The notes below the pieces were generated by a model, which saw only the letters and a list, made by a program, of their open reading frames with translations, ran no database searches and was not told the DNA's origin. Positions 1-10,095 of a DNA stretch of 32,344 nucleotides are shown piece by piece. The stretch is from positions 1 through 32,344 of the forward strand of contig JBEPZZ010000018.1 in the NCBI GenBank assembly GCA_041640575.1, given 5' to 3'. The DNA is from Pseudothermotoga sp. GTDB taxonomy: Bacteria; Thermotogota; Thermotogae; Thermotogales; DSM-5069. Every line of letters starts with the position of its first letter. The first letter of the stretch is position 1. A program made the translations under genes and the position numbers.

Positions 1-620
1 TCCGGATTTCGTACATTCAGTATAACAAAAAAGATAGGATCGTTTAGGTCGAACTCAGCAATTGTTCTACCTCTTATTGGATCAACTAAAGGAAAGATTT
101 CAGGCAAGTCAGCTAAGTCTGCCCTTTTAAGAATTCCACTCAAACCTTCGTCGTCATATTCTTCAAGCAATTGCATGAAGTTTTCAGCAGAGAGTTCTTC
201 GTATCCAACTTGGTTGAATTCTACAATGACCTCCACTTTTGGTGCCCATTCCTTGAAAATTTCCTGAACAATGTAATGAACAAGATCGGCATCTTTATCT
301 TGGATAGCAGCATTGAATTCGGCACCAAGCATTTGCCCGCCTTTTCTTGAGATGTAACTTTTAATATAGTTTGAAAGCTCTCTGCTCATATCTTCTGCTT
401 CAGGGATCTGTTGAAAAATTTTTCGTTTGATTTCGGAAAAATTATTTGTAAAAGTTGTATAATCTTTGCTTAAATCAATGTTAAGATAATTGGAAAAGCG
501 AGCTGGTACGACTATTACGTCATATTCTGGGGTGTCGTTGACTTTTCCAAAGAAATAACCAACTCCATCCTCAGCGGTAATACGCCCTCTGAGTTTATAT
601 TTGACGAAATAAAAATCCAC
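1..620 (-). CDS. Hypothetical protein, 3' end outside window (possibly Thermotogota DUF4899-like)
   Basis: Absent from the ORF track because no stop lies in the window. Hand translation from GTG at 620 gives MDFYFVKYKLRGRITAEDGVGYFFG...DLPEIFPLVDPIRG..., open to position 1. An AAGGAG SD sits in the glgC 3' end. The family name is from recall only. Confidence 0.75.
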   Translation of the reverse strand, partial: MDFYFVKYKLRGRITAEDGVGYFFGKVNDTPEYDVIVVPARFSNYLNIDLSKDYTTFTNNFSEIKRKIFQQIPEAEDMSRELSNYIKSYISRKGGQMLGAEFNAAIQDKDADLVHYIVQEIFKEWAPKVEVIVEFNQVGYEELSAENFMQLLEEYDDEGLSGILKRADLADLPEIFPLVDPIRGRTIAEFDLNDPIFFVILNVRNP

Positions 621-626
621 AAAATA

Positions 627-1889
627 TCACTCCTTGGCAACAACGTAACTGCCAGATGGAAGAATATTTGATGTGAAGTCCTCTTTTTTCACTGAAACAC
701 CTATAACACAGTTTTTACCAATGATGATATTAGTTGGTATAGATGAGTACATTCCTACCACTGTGATTTTTCCTGTGTAAACCTCTGAATCTAATTTGCT
801 GACGGCATCCTCTCCTTCTCCGATTACAACATTATCTTCTATAACAACTCGTTCAGCAATTACAGAGTCCACAATCCTGCAGTTTTTTCCAATATATGTA
901 CCAGTCATTACAACGCTGTTTTTGATGTACGAGTTCTCACCTATGTATACGCCTTGAAAAATCACGCTTCCTTCAACAGTTCCGTGTATTTCGCATCCTT
1001 CGCTTATTATGGAGCTTGTTATCTTTGAAGATGGTGAGCAATATGCTGGCGGCATTTCCTCAGTTTGAGTGAAAAATCTCCAGTTCCGGTCGTAGAGATT
1101 TAGGGGTGGGAGTGGACGAGTTAACTCTAAATTGCTCTCCCAATAAGACTGAATTGTTCCAACATCCCTCCAGTAACCTTCGAATTTAAAGGCGTAGATC
1201 TTTCGCCCTTCTTTGACTATTTTTGGGATGATATCCTTTCCAAAGTCGTGAGAACTTTTAGCATCTTGTGCATCTTCAATCAAGCATTTTTTCAAGAAAT
1301 CCCAACTGAAAACGTAAATGCCGAGTGATATCAAATTTGATCTCGGCTTTGGCGGTTTCTCCTCAAAGTCGATTATTCTATAATTCAAATCTGTTATCAT
1401 TGTTCCAAATCGGCTTGCCTCCTCAATTGGGACTTCAATGCATGCTATTGTTCCTTCTGCCCCCTTCATTATGTGAAAATCCAGTATGTCGTTGTAATCC
1501 ATTGCATAAACATGATCACCAGAAAGAATTAAAAGATAATCAGGGGAGTAGGAGTCAACGTATTCGATATTTTGATACACTGCATCGGCAGTACCTTTGT
1601 ACCATCCAGCTACGCCACCAAGATACGGAGGAAGGATAGTGACTCCGCCTCTTTTTCTATCCAAATCCCAAGGTCTTCCTATGTTGATATGATTGTTGAG
1701 AAGATGAGGCCTATACTGAGTTAAGACACCAACAGTGTATATACCAGAATTGACACAATTACTCAGCGTGAAATCTATTAATCTGTATTTACCTCCAAAA
1801 GGAACAGCCGGTTTTGCTATCTTTTCCGTCAAAACACCGAGTCGCTTCCCATGCCCACCAGCTAAGATCAAAGCCACAACTTTTCTCAT
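627..1889 (-). CDS. glgC: Glucose-1-phosphate adenylyltransferase (ADP-glucose pyrophosphorylase)
   Basis: Motifs LILAGGxGx[40 protein letters not shown] and YWRDVGT, plus a C-terminal beta-helix. Start refined to ATG 1889 behind GAGGTGG (ORF track 1898). Confidence 0.95.
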   Translation of the reverse strand: MRKVVALILAGGHGKRLGVLTEKIAKPAVPFGGKYRLIDFTLSNCVNSGIYTVGVLTQYRPHLLNNHINIGRPWDLDRKRGGVTILPPYLGGVAGWYKGTADAVYQNIEYVDSYSPDYLLILSGDHVYAMDYNDILDFHIMKGAEGTIACIEVPIEEASRFGTMITDLNYRIIDFEEKPPKPRSNLISLGIYVFSWDFLKKCLIEDAQDAKSSHDFGKDIIPKIVKEGRKIYAFKFEGYWRDVGTIQSYWESNLELTRPLPPLNLYDRNWRFFTQTEEMPPAYCSPSSKITSSIISEGCEIHGTVEGSVIFQGVYIGENSYIKNSVVMTGTYIGKNCRIVDSVIAERVVIEDNVVIGEGEDAVSKLDSEVYTGKITVVGMYSSIPTNIIIGKNCVIGVSVKKEDFTSNILPSGSYVVAKE

Positions 1890-1899
1890 CCTGACCACC

Positions 1900-3009
1900 T
1901 CATAGGACGGCTCTTTTTTCTAAAATGGCTAAGTGCTCTTGTCCAATGAGTCTTACTTCCTGCCTGATTAAAACCTCTTTGTCCAGTATTGCATTTTTGA
2001 CAGTTGCCCCTTCTTCTATGACTGAATCTTGCATGATAACCGCGTTTTGAACCACAGCACCGGCCTTTACAACGACTCCTCGGAACAAAATGGAGTTCTC
2101 CACATATCCGTTAACAATGCATCCGTCTGAAATGATACAGTTTTTAACAACGGCTGTATTCCCAATTTTTGGTGGTGGAAGATCCTTGAGTTTGGTGTAT
2201 ACCTTACCGTATTTGTAGAATAATTCATCTCTTATTTCTTTCTTCAGACCATCCATATTTATCCTGAAATACTCGTTTATTCCCTTTTTCACATTTCTCC
2301 AATATCCTTTAAATAAGTATCCATGCACCTTGAGCCTCTTTAACTCCGAAACTATTATGTTTAGGAGACTAGTTTCACCCTTTGTTGCATATACGTAAAG
2401 CAGTTCCATAAGTAAATGTTTGTTCATGAAATAGATTCCCAAAAATGCCAAATTAGTTTTAGGATTGGCCGGCTTCTCCTCTATATCAACGATTCTGTAC
2501 CCATTCATCTGTACGATCCCGTATTGGCTAAGGCTGTAACTTTCATCTAATTCTTTTACCAACAATGTAACATCTGCATCGGTAGAAAAGTGAAAATCGA
2601 AGACTTCGTTGAAGTCTATCTTATATATGTGATCTCCAGATCCTATGAGAACATAATCTTCTTCCCCTCTCCTCAAGAGGGTCATATTCTGAAAAATGGC
2701 ATCAGCAGTGCCTTTGTACCAATACTGACCCTCTGCACTAGCATAAGGCTGGAGTATAAATAAACCCCCGTTTTTTCTATCAAGATCCCATTCTTTTCCA
2801 GAGCCAAGATGATCCATTAGGCTTCTTGGATTGTACTGAGTCAAGACACCAACTTTTCTTATATCTGCGTTGACCATGTTGCTAATTGTGAAGTCAATTG
2901 CACGGTATTTTCCAAAAACTGGTAAAGCTGCGCTAGCTCTTTTCAAAACCAATGGACCTAAATTCTCCCCTGGACCGCCGGCAAGGATCAAGCCAAGAAC
3001 TTTCAACAA
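1900..3009 (-). CDS. glgD: Glucose-1-phosphate adenylyltransferase subunit GlgD
   Basis: GlgC paralog with degenerate motifs ([35 protein letters not shown]), adjacent to glgC, with SD GGAGGGG. Confidence 0.88.
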   Translation of the reverse strand: MLKVLGLILAGGPGENLGPLVLKRASAALPVFGKYRAIDFTISNMVNADIRKVGVLTQYNPRSLMDHLGSGKEWDLDRKNGGLFILQPYASAEGQYWYKGTADAIFQNMTLLRRGEEDYVLIGSGDHIYKIDFNEVFDFHFSTDADVTLLVKELDESYSLSQYGIVQMNGYRIVDIEEKPANPKTNLAFLGIYFMNKHLLMELLYVYATKGETSLLNIIVSELKRLKVHGYLFKGYWRNVKKGINEYFRINMDGLKKEIRDELFYKYGKVYTKLKDLPPPKIGNTAVVKNCIISDGCIVNGYVENSILFRGVVVKAGAVVQNAVIMQDSVIEEGATVKNAILDKEVLIRQEVRLIGQEHLAILEKRAVL

Positions 3010-3025
3010 AACCCCTCCAAACTTT

Positions 3026-3066
3026 ATTCTATCACTTTTGGCTTGATAGTTTAGTTGTTATAGAAT
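3026..3066. promoter_or_regulatory. Overlapping divergent sigma70-type promoters for glgD and rbgA
   Basis: On the + strand: TTGGCT(3038-43)-17 bp-TAGAAT(3061-66). On the - strand: extended -10 TGaTAGAAT (3034-3026). Both lie in a 75-bp intergenic region. Confidence 0.5.
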
Positions 3067-3084
3067 TTTCAAGGAGGAAATCGT

Positions 3085-3879
3085 ATGTGGTACCCAGGTC
3101 ATATGGCAAAAGCAGTGAAAACTTTGGAAAAGATCAAAAAGCATATAGATCTTTTTGTCGAGGTTTTGGATGCTCGAGCACCGCTTACAACTCGATTGTA
3201 CGATAAGAGTATTCTCAAAGGCAAAAAAAATGTGATCATATTGGCGAAAGCCGACTTAGCTCAACAGGCTCTCACAGTTGAATGGAAGAGATACTTTGAA
3301 GGACAAGGTGAAAAAGTTCTTTTGTTCGACAAAGATTGTCCCAGACAAGTTTTGGTAAAGTTCATCTCAGACTTGGCTCCACGAAATTCTCTTATAAGTG
3401 TCGTTGGTTGTCCAAACGTTGGTAAATCGACTCTTATAAATAAATTAAAAGGCACACGGTCGGCAGATGTTGGTGCAATACCTGGAATTACGAGAGGATT
3501 GCAGTGGTTTTCTGTGCAGGATCAGTTCAGAGTTCTTGATACACCAGGATTACTCCTGCCAAAGATAGCGGATCTTGAAACGGCTGCCAAGTTGTTGCTA
3601 GTTGGATCTTTGCCACTCGAACTTGCTCCGCCGGAAGTGCGGCAAAAAGCTTTTCAGCTTTATGCAACTTTGACAAAAAAAGACTATGTTGATCTTGAGA
3701 AATTTCTTGAAGCTTATGCTTTAGATAGAAAAATGTTGCTCAAAGGTGGTATTTTGGATATTGAAAGAGCGGCCGTAAGCTTTTTCAACAGCATAGCACA
3801 AGGAAAAGCTGGTAGAATCACCTTTGAGCATCCTCAGGAGGCGATCAAAGATAAAAGCGATAGTCTATCTTCCACTTAA
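3085..3879 (+). CDS. rbgA: Ribosome biogenesis GTPase RbgA/YlqF
   Basis: N-terminal WYPGHM, DARAP, circularly permuted GTPase motifs GxPNVGKS, GITRG and DTPG, with SD AAGGAGG. Confidence 0.93.
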   Translation: MWYPGHMAKAVKTLEKIKKHIDLFVEVLDARAPLTTRLYDKSILKGKKNVIILAKADLAQQALTVEWKRYFEGQGEKVLLFDKDCPRQVLVKFISDLAPRNSLISVVGCPNVGKSTLINKLKGTRSADVGAIPGITRGLQWFSVQDQFRVLDTPGLLLPKIADLETAAKLLLVGSLPLELAPPEVRQKAFQLYATLTKKDYVDLEKFLEAYALDRKMLLKGGILDIERAAVSFFNSIAQGKAGRITFEHPQEAIKDKSDSLSST

Positions 3880-5485
3880 TCCGGAGAAAGCAAAACTTTC
3901 AAATTTGCCAGTTAAATTGCCAATTTTGGCTGAAGATTTACCTTTAGTCGTGGAATTGGATCAGATTCCTTTGGATGTGATAATCAGGGGTTTAGAAGCT
4001 CAATATGAAGTAAATAAGGACGAATACTATGGTAGTTATCTTGTTTATTTCTACTATGAGAAATTAAAAATCGCCTTGAATAGTGGAAATTTGAAGGAAG
4101 CTGAAGAGTACCTTCAAAAAGCTTCTAAGATTTCTAAAGATTACCGATACGACTTCTTTAGAGCCTTGATTGCTGGAAAGTCAAAAGACTATGAAACAGC
4201 CGAGATTTTTCTAAGATCTTGTATTGCTAAAAACGACAAATTCGCCTTGGCTTACTTTGAACTGGGTAACATCTTGATGGCAAAAAAAGAATTTGAAGAC
4301 GCTATTATGCAATATCAAAAGGCGTTCGAGTGTGATAAACACTTTCTTTTGCCTCTTCTTAAAATTGGTGACTGCTATCTTGAGCTTGGTGAGCTAAGGC
4401 AGGCTCAAGATTTTTATCAGGTATTAACACAAATAGACCCTGATTTTCAACAAGCTTATGCAAGACTAGGTGTTGTTTCGAATTTGCTTCAAAAGTTTTC
4501 GCAAGCTGAAAAGGCTTTGAGAAAAGCTATATCAATTGATCCAGAAGATCTGAGTAGTGTATTTAATCTTTGCTTCGCCCTTTCCAAGCTCGGAAAACAT
4601 TTTGAAACTTTGAATTTAATGAAAAAGCTCGTGGAAAAAGACCCGAATAATGTGGCCTTTTTGGTTGAATATGCTCTTGCTTTGAGAAGGGTAGGAATGT
4701 ATGAGGACGCGGTAACAACGATTGAAAGAGCGGCAGAACTCAGTTCGGAACAGTTTATTTTGTACAATCGAGCAATACTGAGCCTCTTTGTTGATTTTCG
4801 CCGTGGTCTGGAATTGTTGAAGAACTTGTCTGGCGAGTACTCGGCTAAAGCTGACGAGTTAGAAAATTTCGCAAAACTATGGAACCCACTTTTGAAACCT
4901 CAAGGACTGATAAAACAAAAAGTTGAGGTTATTAAGAAGTCAATGCGGAGGGGTGAAGTTGATCTAGTTAGTCTGGCTTACAATTTGCCAAGCTCTCCGA
5001 GGATTGACGCGCTCAGGCAAGGTATCATACCAGGGCATGATACTGAAATCGACACCAGCGATGACATTGATTTGTTAGTTGCAACAGTTTTTGCCAGCAA
5101 CTTTGATCCTATTAGTGTCGAAAAAAATGTGTTAAAGATGTCTGTTGGCTTGTATGGTAGCGGAGTCATGATGGCAGTTGCAATCACACTTGTAAAACTT
5201 TACATTTTTCTTGAAAGTAATGATACGTTCAACCTACACGACTTTTTGAAGGAAGCTGTGGCAGATGTGCAGGAATATCACTGGAATCTTGCTTGGCAAA
5301 TTTCAAAACTTGAAGAAGAGAGCTCTTCCTTTGAAGAGATCGATCTGAACAAAATTGAGCGCGGTTCTGATTTCTTAATTAATTTGATTAAGATTATAGC
5401 CATAAATCCTACTAAGCAGGAGATCGAAGCTATACAAAATGAGATCTTTAGAGATACGGTCAAAGGTTTCCTGAAGAATGCCTAA
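3851..5485 (+). CDS. Tetratricopeptide repeat protein
   Basis: Multiple TPR-like helical repeats (AYFELGNILMAKKEFEDAIMQYQKAFE; AYARLGVVSNLLQKFSQAEKALRKAISIDP). Start uncertain: ORF track TTG 3824, but SD spacing favours ATA 3851. Confidence 0.85.
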   Translation: MKAIVYLPLNPEKAKLSNLPVKLPILAEDLPLVVELDQIPLDVIIRGLEAQYEVNKDEYYGSYLVYFYYEKLKIALNSGNLKEAEEYLQKASKISKDYRYDFFRALIAGKSKDYETAEIFLRSCIAKNDKFALAYFELGNILMAKKEFEDAIMQYQKAFECDKHFLLPLLKIGDCYLELGELRQAQDFYQVLTQIDPDFQQAYARLGVVSNLLQKFSQAEKALRKAISIDPEDLSSVFNLCFALSKLGKHFETLNLMKKLVEKDPNNVAFLVEYALALRRVGMYEDAVTTIERAAELSSEQFILYNRAILSLFVDFRRGLELLKNLSGEYSAKADELENFAKLWNPLLKPQGLIKQKVEVIKKSMRRGEVDLVSLAYNLPSSPRIDALRQGIIPGHDTEIDTSDDIDLLVATVFASNFDPISVEKNVLKMSVGLYGSGVMMAVAITLVKLYIFLESNDTFNLHDFLKEAVADVQEYHWNLAWQISKLEEESSSFEEIDLNKIERGSDFLINLIKIIAINPTKQEIEAIQNEIFRDTVKGFLKNA

Positions 5486-5499
5486 CGGAGGTGGAAAAG

Positions 5500-6711
5500 G
5501 TGAATTACGACCGGCAGGAAATTCTTAAAGAACTTGTTCAGCCAGCTCAAACAAAAATACTACTTCTTGTCATGGACGGCATCGGAGATATCTCACAAGA
5601 TGCATCTGGCACAGCATTACAAAGGGCGAAAAAGCCGAATCTGGACGCTCTTGCGCAGAAATCCGAACTCGGTCAAACAATCCCCGTGTTGCCAGGTATA
5701 ACGCCCGGCAGTGGTCCTGGTCACCTTGGCTTGTTCGGTTATGATCCAGTTAGATATCAAATCGGAAGAGGAATACTTGAAGCACTTGGTGGCAACGTTG
5801 AGGTTGAAGAGAAAGACGTTGTAGCAAGGGCAAACTTCGCAACGGTGAGGGATGGGATTGTCATAGACAGGAGAGCCGGCAGACCAACTACCGAAGAAAG
5901 TTCAAAAGTAGTCGCGAAGTTGTCTGAAAAAATTAAAGAAATCGATGATGTTAAGGTGACATTTTATGCTGGGAAAGAACATCGTTTTGTTGTCAAATTG
6001 ACTGCTGATAACTTGGATGATCAGCTAACTGATGCCGATCCTCAAAAGGATGGGAAACCAATCGTTTATACCGAAGCACTTAGGTCCGAAGCTGAGAAGA
6101 CCGCAAGAATAGTTAATGAACTTATAAAGAAAATCGCAGAAGTCTTGAAAGATGAACCGAAACTGAATTTTGCTCTGATTAGAGGTTTCTCAAAATACCC
6201 GAAATTACCTCTGTTTCCCGAAGTTTACAAGCTCAAAGCAGCGGCGATTGCCACTTATCCAATGTACAAAGGTATAGCAAAACTCGTTGGAATGGAAATC
6301 CTTGAAACAGGCTCAACGATAGCGGATGAAGTGGAAACGTTGAAGAAAAATTGGGACAAGTTCGATTTCTTTTATTTCCATGTCAAAAAGACCGACTCCT
6401 ACGGTGAAGACGGAGACATTGAATCAAAAGTTCATGTAATTGAAGAGGTTGATTCCATAATTCCAGAGGTGCTTTCTTTGAATCCCGATGTGGTGGTCGT
6501 TACTGGTGACCATTCCACACCTGCAGCTCTGAAAGCACATAGCTGGCATCCTGTTCCATTTATGATTTATTCTAAGTATACCAGGAGAGGTTTAAGCAAA
6601 GCTTTCGACGAATTTGAGTGCGCTAGAGGAGCTCTTGGAACGTTTTATGCGGTGGACGCTATGGGATTAATCCTTGCACACGCATTGAGACTAGAAAAGT
6701 TTGGTGCATGA
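5500..6711 (+). CDS. apgM: 2,3-bisphosphoglycerate-independent phosphoglycerate mutase (archaeal-type ApgM)
   Basis: Motifs MDGIGD, TPGSGPGHLGLFGYDP, IGRGILEALG, DRRAGR, TGDHSTP and HSWHPVP. Start refined to GTG 5500 after GGAGGTGG. Confidence 0.92.
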   Translation: MNYDRQEILKELVQPAQTKILLLVMDGIGDISQDASGTALQRAKKPNLDALAQKSELGQTIPVLPGITPGSGPGHLGLFGYDPVRYQIGRGILEALGGNVEVEEKDVVARANFATVRDGIVIDRRAGRPTTEESSKVVAKLSEKIKEIDDVKVTFYAGKEHRFVVKLTADNLDDQLTDADPQKDGKPIVYTEALRSEAEKTARIVNELIKKIAEVLKDEPKLNFALIRGFSKYPKLPLFPEVYKLKAAAIATYPMYKGIAKLVGMEILETGSTIADEVETLKKNWDKFDFFYFHVKKTDSYGEDGDIESKVHVIEEVDSIIPEVLSLNPDVVVVTGDHSTPAALKAHSWHPVPFMIYSKYTRRGLSKAFDEFECARGALGTFYAVDAMGLILAHALRLEKFGA

Positions 6712-7988
6712 GATACGCCTGGATAATAGTTTTTCTTGGCTTGATGACTGGGGTTTTGCTCACCCCAGTCTTTGCTTTATTTTTTATACCATTGATCCTC
6801 ATCAAAGAGACTAACCTTCGGATTTATACGTTTTCCATTATTCTTGGTATGCTACTTTCGTTGGGTCCCAATTTGCAGGGTAATGTAGAGATTGTTGGTT
6901 TCATAACTGTCAGCAAAGCGAGCTATTCTATAGCAACAAATGTGAAAATATACGATAACGGAAAGTGGAAAAATTTGAGACATGATTTAAAGATAATTAG
7001 CGAAAAACTTGAAGCAGGAAAAGAATTCTACGCAACAGGTCTCATTTCAACTACTTTTTCTTATCCACGGTATGTGTTAAAACCAAGTTTTTGTGCTAGT
7101 TCTCCTCACACAACTCGTGGATATTGGAAGATTTTGGCATTTCTGCAAAGCTGGAAAAGCAAACAACAAAGGTTTATCAAAATGTCCTTACCAAAGTATG
7201 CCAAAACAGTTAATGGTTTGGTTTTCAGCGATGGAAATTTTGACCTTTCAGAATCTCGTAAGGTAATGGAGAGTGGATTGGGTCATCTTTTTGCAGTATC
7301 TGGACTTCACGTTGGCATAGTCTATGCGGCTTTTGAAATCCTGATCAGTTTTTTCACCTACAAGTTCTATCTTAGAAGGTCTCTAAGTTCACTCTTTGCT
7401 CTTTTGTTTGCACTGTCAACAGGTCCAACCCCATCGGCTTTAAGAGCCTCATTGATGTTGCTTACCTGGAACTTCTTCAAAATCATCGATTATCCAATAG
7501 AACCACTGAACGTATTAGGGTTAGTAGGGACTCTAAACATTATTTTCGAACCTTATTCAGTTTTGTCCTTATCATTTTTGATGAGCTATTCGGCAACTGG
7601 GGTCATCTTGTTCTTTTCCAACAACTTGAACAAACTACCAGTAATTCTCAAGTCCGTTTTAATATCTCTTCTAGCATTCCTCGGTGTTGCTCCATTTTTA
7701 AGTGTGACCTCAGTCGTAAACTTACTTTCTCCTCTTTTAGGAACTGCTGCTATCGTTTTTGTCACACCATTGCTATGGGGTATTTGTGGCTCGTTCTTGC
7801 TCAATTCAATTGGTTTCACAAGACTGGCTTTTTTCATAATGAAGGGCACAGGGCCCTTCGTGTATGCCATAGAAAAATTGCTAGACATATCTTTACTTTT
7901 TCCAAGATTCTACTTTGGAATTGCTGGTTATATTTTGTTCATCATGTTGCTGCTTGCGTTGTTCTTGCATTTTGGGCACAAGCCGTAG
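6708..7988 (+). CDS. comEC: ComEC/Rec2 family competence membrane protein (no C-terminal metallo-beta-lactamase domain)
   Basis: Competence-domain motifs SGLGHLFAVSGLHVG, PSALRASLM and SFLMSYSAT; polytopic. ATGA overlap with apgM. Confidence 0.85.
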   Translation: MRYAWIIVFLGLMTGVLLTPVFALFFIPLILIKETNLRIYTFSIILGMLLSLGPNLQGNVEIVGFITVSKASYSIATNVKIYDNGKWKNLRHDLKIISEKLEAGKEFYATGLISTTFSYPRYVLKPSFCASSPHTTRGYWKILAFLQSWKSKQQRFIKMSLPKYAKTVNGLVFSDGNFDLSESRKVMESGLGHLFAVSGLHVGIVYAAFEILISFFTYKFYLRRSLSSLFALLFALSTGPTPSALRASLMLLTWNFFKIIDYPIEPLNVLGLVGTLNIIFEPYSVLSLSFLMSYSATGVILFFSNNLNKLPVILKSVLISLLAFLGVAPFLSVTSVVNLLSPLLGTAAIVFVTPLLWGICGSFLLNSIGFTRLAFFIMKGTGPFVYAIEKLLDISLLFPRFYFGIAGYILFIMLLLALFLHFGHKP

Positions 7989-8392
7989 AATTTTATATCG
8001 TAATAATCTATAAGGTACCCGGTCTTTGCAGATACACTTTTGATTACCTCACCAACCAAGTTTTCATCAATTTCGACAATGCTTCCACAATTCTTGCAAA
8101 TTACATGTTGATGCAGAGTTTCTTTGCTTTCTGTAGCAAGTTCGTAGCGATATATACCTTCTCCGAATTCCAATTTTCTGAGAAATCCTAATTTTGAAAG
8201 TAAGTCCACCGTTCGATAAACTGTTGCTTTGCTTATTCTGTATCTTTTCTCTAGAAGCCTTCTATAGACATCTTCTGCTCCAAGATGCCTTTCCTCAGAT
8301 TCAGCAAAAATCTTTAGAACAATTTCTCTCTGGGCGGTCATTCTGTAGCTTTTTGAGCGTAGTTCTTTTCTAAGTGCTTCGTAGATTATCAA
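7928..8392 (-). CDS. fur: Fur family transcriptional regulator
   Basis: Motifs RMTAQRE, HLGAEDVY, ISKATVYRTVDLL and HQHVICKNCG...GLCPKC. SD GGAGG precedes a TTG start. The Fur/Zur/PerR subtype is not resolved. Confidence 0.9.
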   Translation of the reverse strand: MIIYEALRKELRSKSYRMTAQREIVLKIFAESEERHLGAEDVYRRLLEKRYRISKATVYRTVDLLSKLGFLRKLEFGEGIYRYELATESKETLHQHVICKNCGSIVEIDENLVGEVIKSVSAKTGYLIDYYDIKFYGLCPKCKNNASSNMMNKI

Positions 8393-8407
8393 TTTATTTA
8401 CCTCCCT

Positions 8408-9442
8408 TCATATGTTTAAAGCGGGCTTTATGTCTATTTTCCAGCCGGTCAATTTGGCAGCCAACCTGGCATTTTGTCCACCTTTGCCGATGGCTAACGA
8501 AAGCTGAGTTGGTGGAACAAGTACCCTGGCTGCTTTTTTTTCATGGTCCAATATTTCAACGTTTATTACCGAAGCAGGAGCAAGAGCATTGGCTATCAAC
8601 TGCCTTGGATCGTCCGACCATTTGAAGATGTCAACTTTTTCTCCTTTCAACTCTCTTAGGACAGCAGCTATTCTTCCACCACTTTCACCTATACAAGCCC
8701 CAACTGGATCAACTTGTGGATTGGAGGAAACAACAGCAACCTTTGTTCTAACACCTGGTTCTCTTGCGATCGACACAACTTTCACTATTCCGGATTCAAC
8801 TTCTGGCACTTCAAGTTTCAGCAAACCCATCACGAATTCTGGACTGGCACGAGACACTATCAATTTTGGTCCTTTCTTGTCTTTGACAACCTCATGAATA
8901 TAAACTTTTATTAAATCTCCAGCTTTCATTTTCTCTTCTCCGATCCATTCTTTTTTTGGAAGTCTGGTCTCAAGTTTTCCTATTCTTAGATCAGCCCAGT
9001 CTGATGTGACTCTTATGACCTCAGCTGTCGTAATATTGTTTGCAAGCTGACTGTAATATTCGTACTGCTTTTCTTTTTCAAGTTCACGAATTCTTTGTAT
9101 CAAAACTTGTTTTGCTGTTTGGGCGGCTATTCTTCCAAAGTTTTTGACACTGATCTTTTTATAGATCTTTTGACCTAGGTCTGCTGTTGGGTTTAATTTT
9201 CTAGCATCGTTAAGCGAAATCTGAGTCAGTTCGTCGGTCGGATTTTGAACCACATCGAAAACTTGGAATAACTGAATGTCGCCCGTCATAGGATCTATTT
9301 TTACCTCGACGTTCTTTGCTGTTCCAAAATTTTTCTTATAAGCGCTAACAAGGGCTTTTTCAAGGATTGATATAATTTCATCTTTAGCTATACCTTTCTC
9401 TTGTTCAAGTTGATCAAGTGCTTCTAAAAGGTTTATGTTCAT
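8408..9442 (-). CDS. nusA: Transcription termination/antitermination factor NusA
   Basis: Motifs FGRIAAQTAKQV, AREPGVRTKVAV, DPVGACIG and LSLAIGKGGQNARLAAKLTGWKIDI. Start refined to ATG 9442 behind AAGGAGGTG. Confidence 0.97.
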   Translation of the reverse strand: MNINLLEALDQLEQEKGIAKDEIISILEKALVSAYKKNFGTAKNVEVKIDPMTGDIQLFQVFDVVQNPTDELTQISLNDARKLNPTADLGQKIYKKISVKNFGRIAAQTAKQVLIQRIRELEKEKQYEYYSQLANNITTAEVIRVTSDWADLRIGKLETRLPKKEWIGEEKMKAGDLIKVYIHEVVKDKKGPKLIVSRASPEFVMGLLKLEVPEVESGIVKVVSIAREPGVRTKVAVVSSNPQVDPVGACIGESGGRIAAVLRELKGEKVDIFKWSDDPRQLIANALAPASVINVEILDHEKKAARVLVPPTQLSLAIGKGGQNARLAAKLTGWKIDIKPALNI

Positions 9443-9459
9443 CACTTTCACCTCCTTCA

Positions 9460-9909
9460 TTAAAATTCAACTTGTAATTTTGCTTTCTTTATTTGCGACA
9501 GTTTAAGAATTATCTCACCCTGTTCAGTCTCAACTTTCAATGAATCTCCTGTTAATTCACCTATGTGTCCAACTACTGCTCCTCCTTCGTTTAGCCAAAA
9601 CTTTGCCAGTTTTCCAGCAAAGCGTTTATAATCCTCAATTCCTCTCAATGGTCTGTCAAGCCCTGGCGAGGAGACTTCGAGGATATAGCTTGAAGGTATT
9701 AATTCTTCATGAAGGTCCAGATACTTTCCAACCTCGTTTGACACTTTCTCACATTGTCTTATGCTGACGTACCCATTCGGATCATCTATAACTATTCTCA
9801 GAGTCCATTTTCCTTTTTCTTTTCTGAACATCATTTCAAAGAGTTCAAGTCCTAGACCTTGAAGTATATCAACCACAACGGGTCTAAGTTTCTCCACTAC
9901 GTCCTCCAT
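9460..9909 (-). CDS. rimP: Ribosome maturation factor RimP
   Basis: Motif YILEVSSPGLDRPL; directly upstream of nusA; SD GGGAGGTG. Confidence 0.95.
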   Translation of the reverse strand: MEDVVEKLRPVVVDILQGLGLELFEMMFRKEKGKWTLRIVIDDPNGYVSIRQCEKVSNEVGKYLDLHEELIPSSYILEVSSPGLDRPLRGIEDYKRFAGKLAKFWLNEGGAVVGHIGELTGDSLKVETEQGEIILKLSQIKKAKLQVEF

Positions 9910-9928
9910 AGGGACACCTCCCTTATTG

Positions 9929-9952
9929 AAAAACCGGGACTACTGTCCCGGT
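9929..9952 (-). terminator. Intrinsic terminator between tRNA-Ser and rimP
   Basis: On the - strand ACCGGGAC-AGTA-GTCCCGGT forms a perfect 8-bp stem followed by TTTT. Confidence 0.75.
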
Positions 9953-9961
9953 ACCTTTTCC

Positions 9962-10052
9962 TGGCGGAGAGGGTGGGATTTGAACCCACGGATGGGTTTT
10001 GCCCACCACACGCTCTCCAGGCGTGCGCCTTAGACCGCTCGGCCACCTCTCC
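9962..10052 (-). tRNA. tRNA-Ser(GGA)
   Basis: Minus-strand sequence GGAGAGGTGGCCGAGCGGTCTAAGGCGCACGCCT-GGA-GAGCGTGTGGTGGGCAAAACCCATCCGTGGGTTCAAATCCCACCCTCTCCGCCA shows an acceptor stem, long variable arm, TTCAAAT T-loop, G discriminator and encoded CCA. Confidence 0.97.
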
Positions 10053-10095
10053 ACAAAATGTAGAACTTCGGTTACTTTATGAATTATACATATAA

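Noticed and set aside
7775..8191. 138-aa + strand ORF bridging comEC and fur
   Set aside because: It is an alternate-frame/antisense shadow of two well-supported genes, with no SD or recognisable motif. There is no evidence of a comEC frameshift extension.
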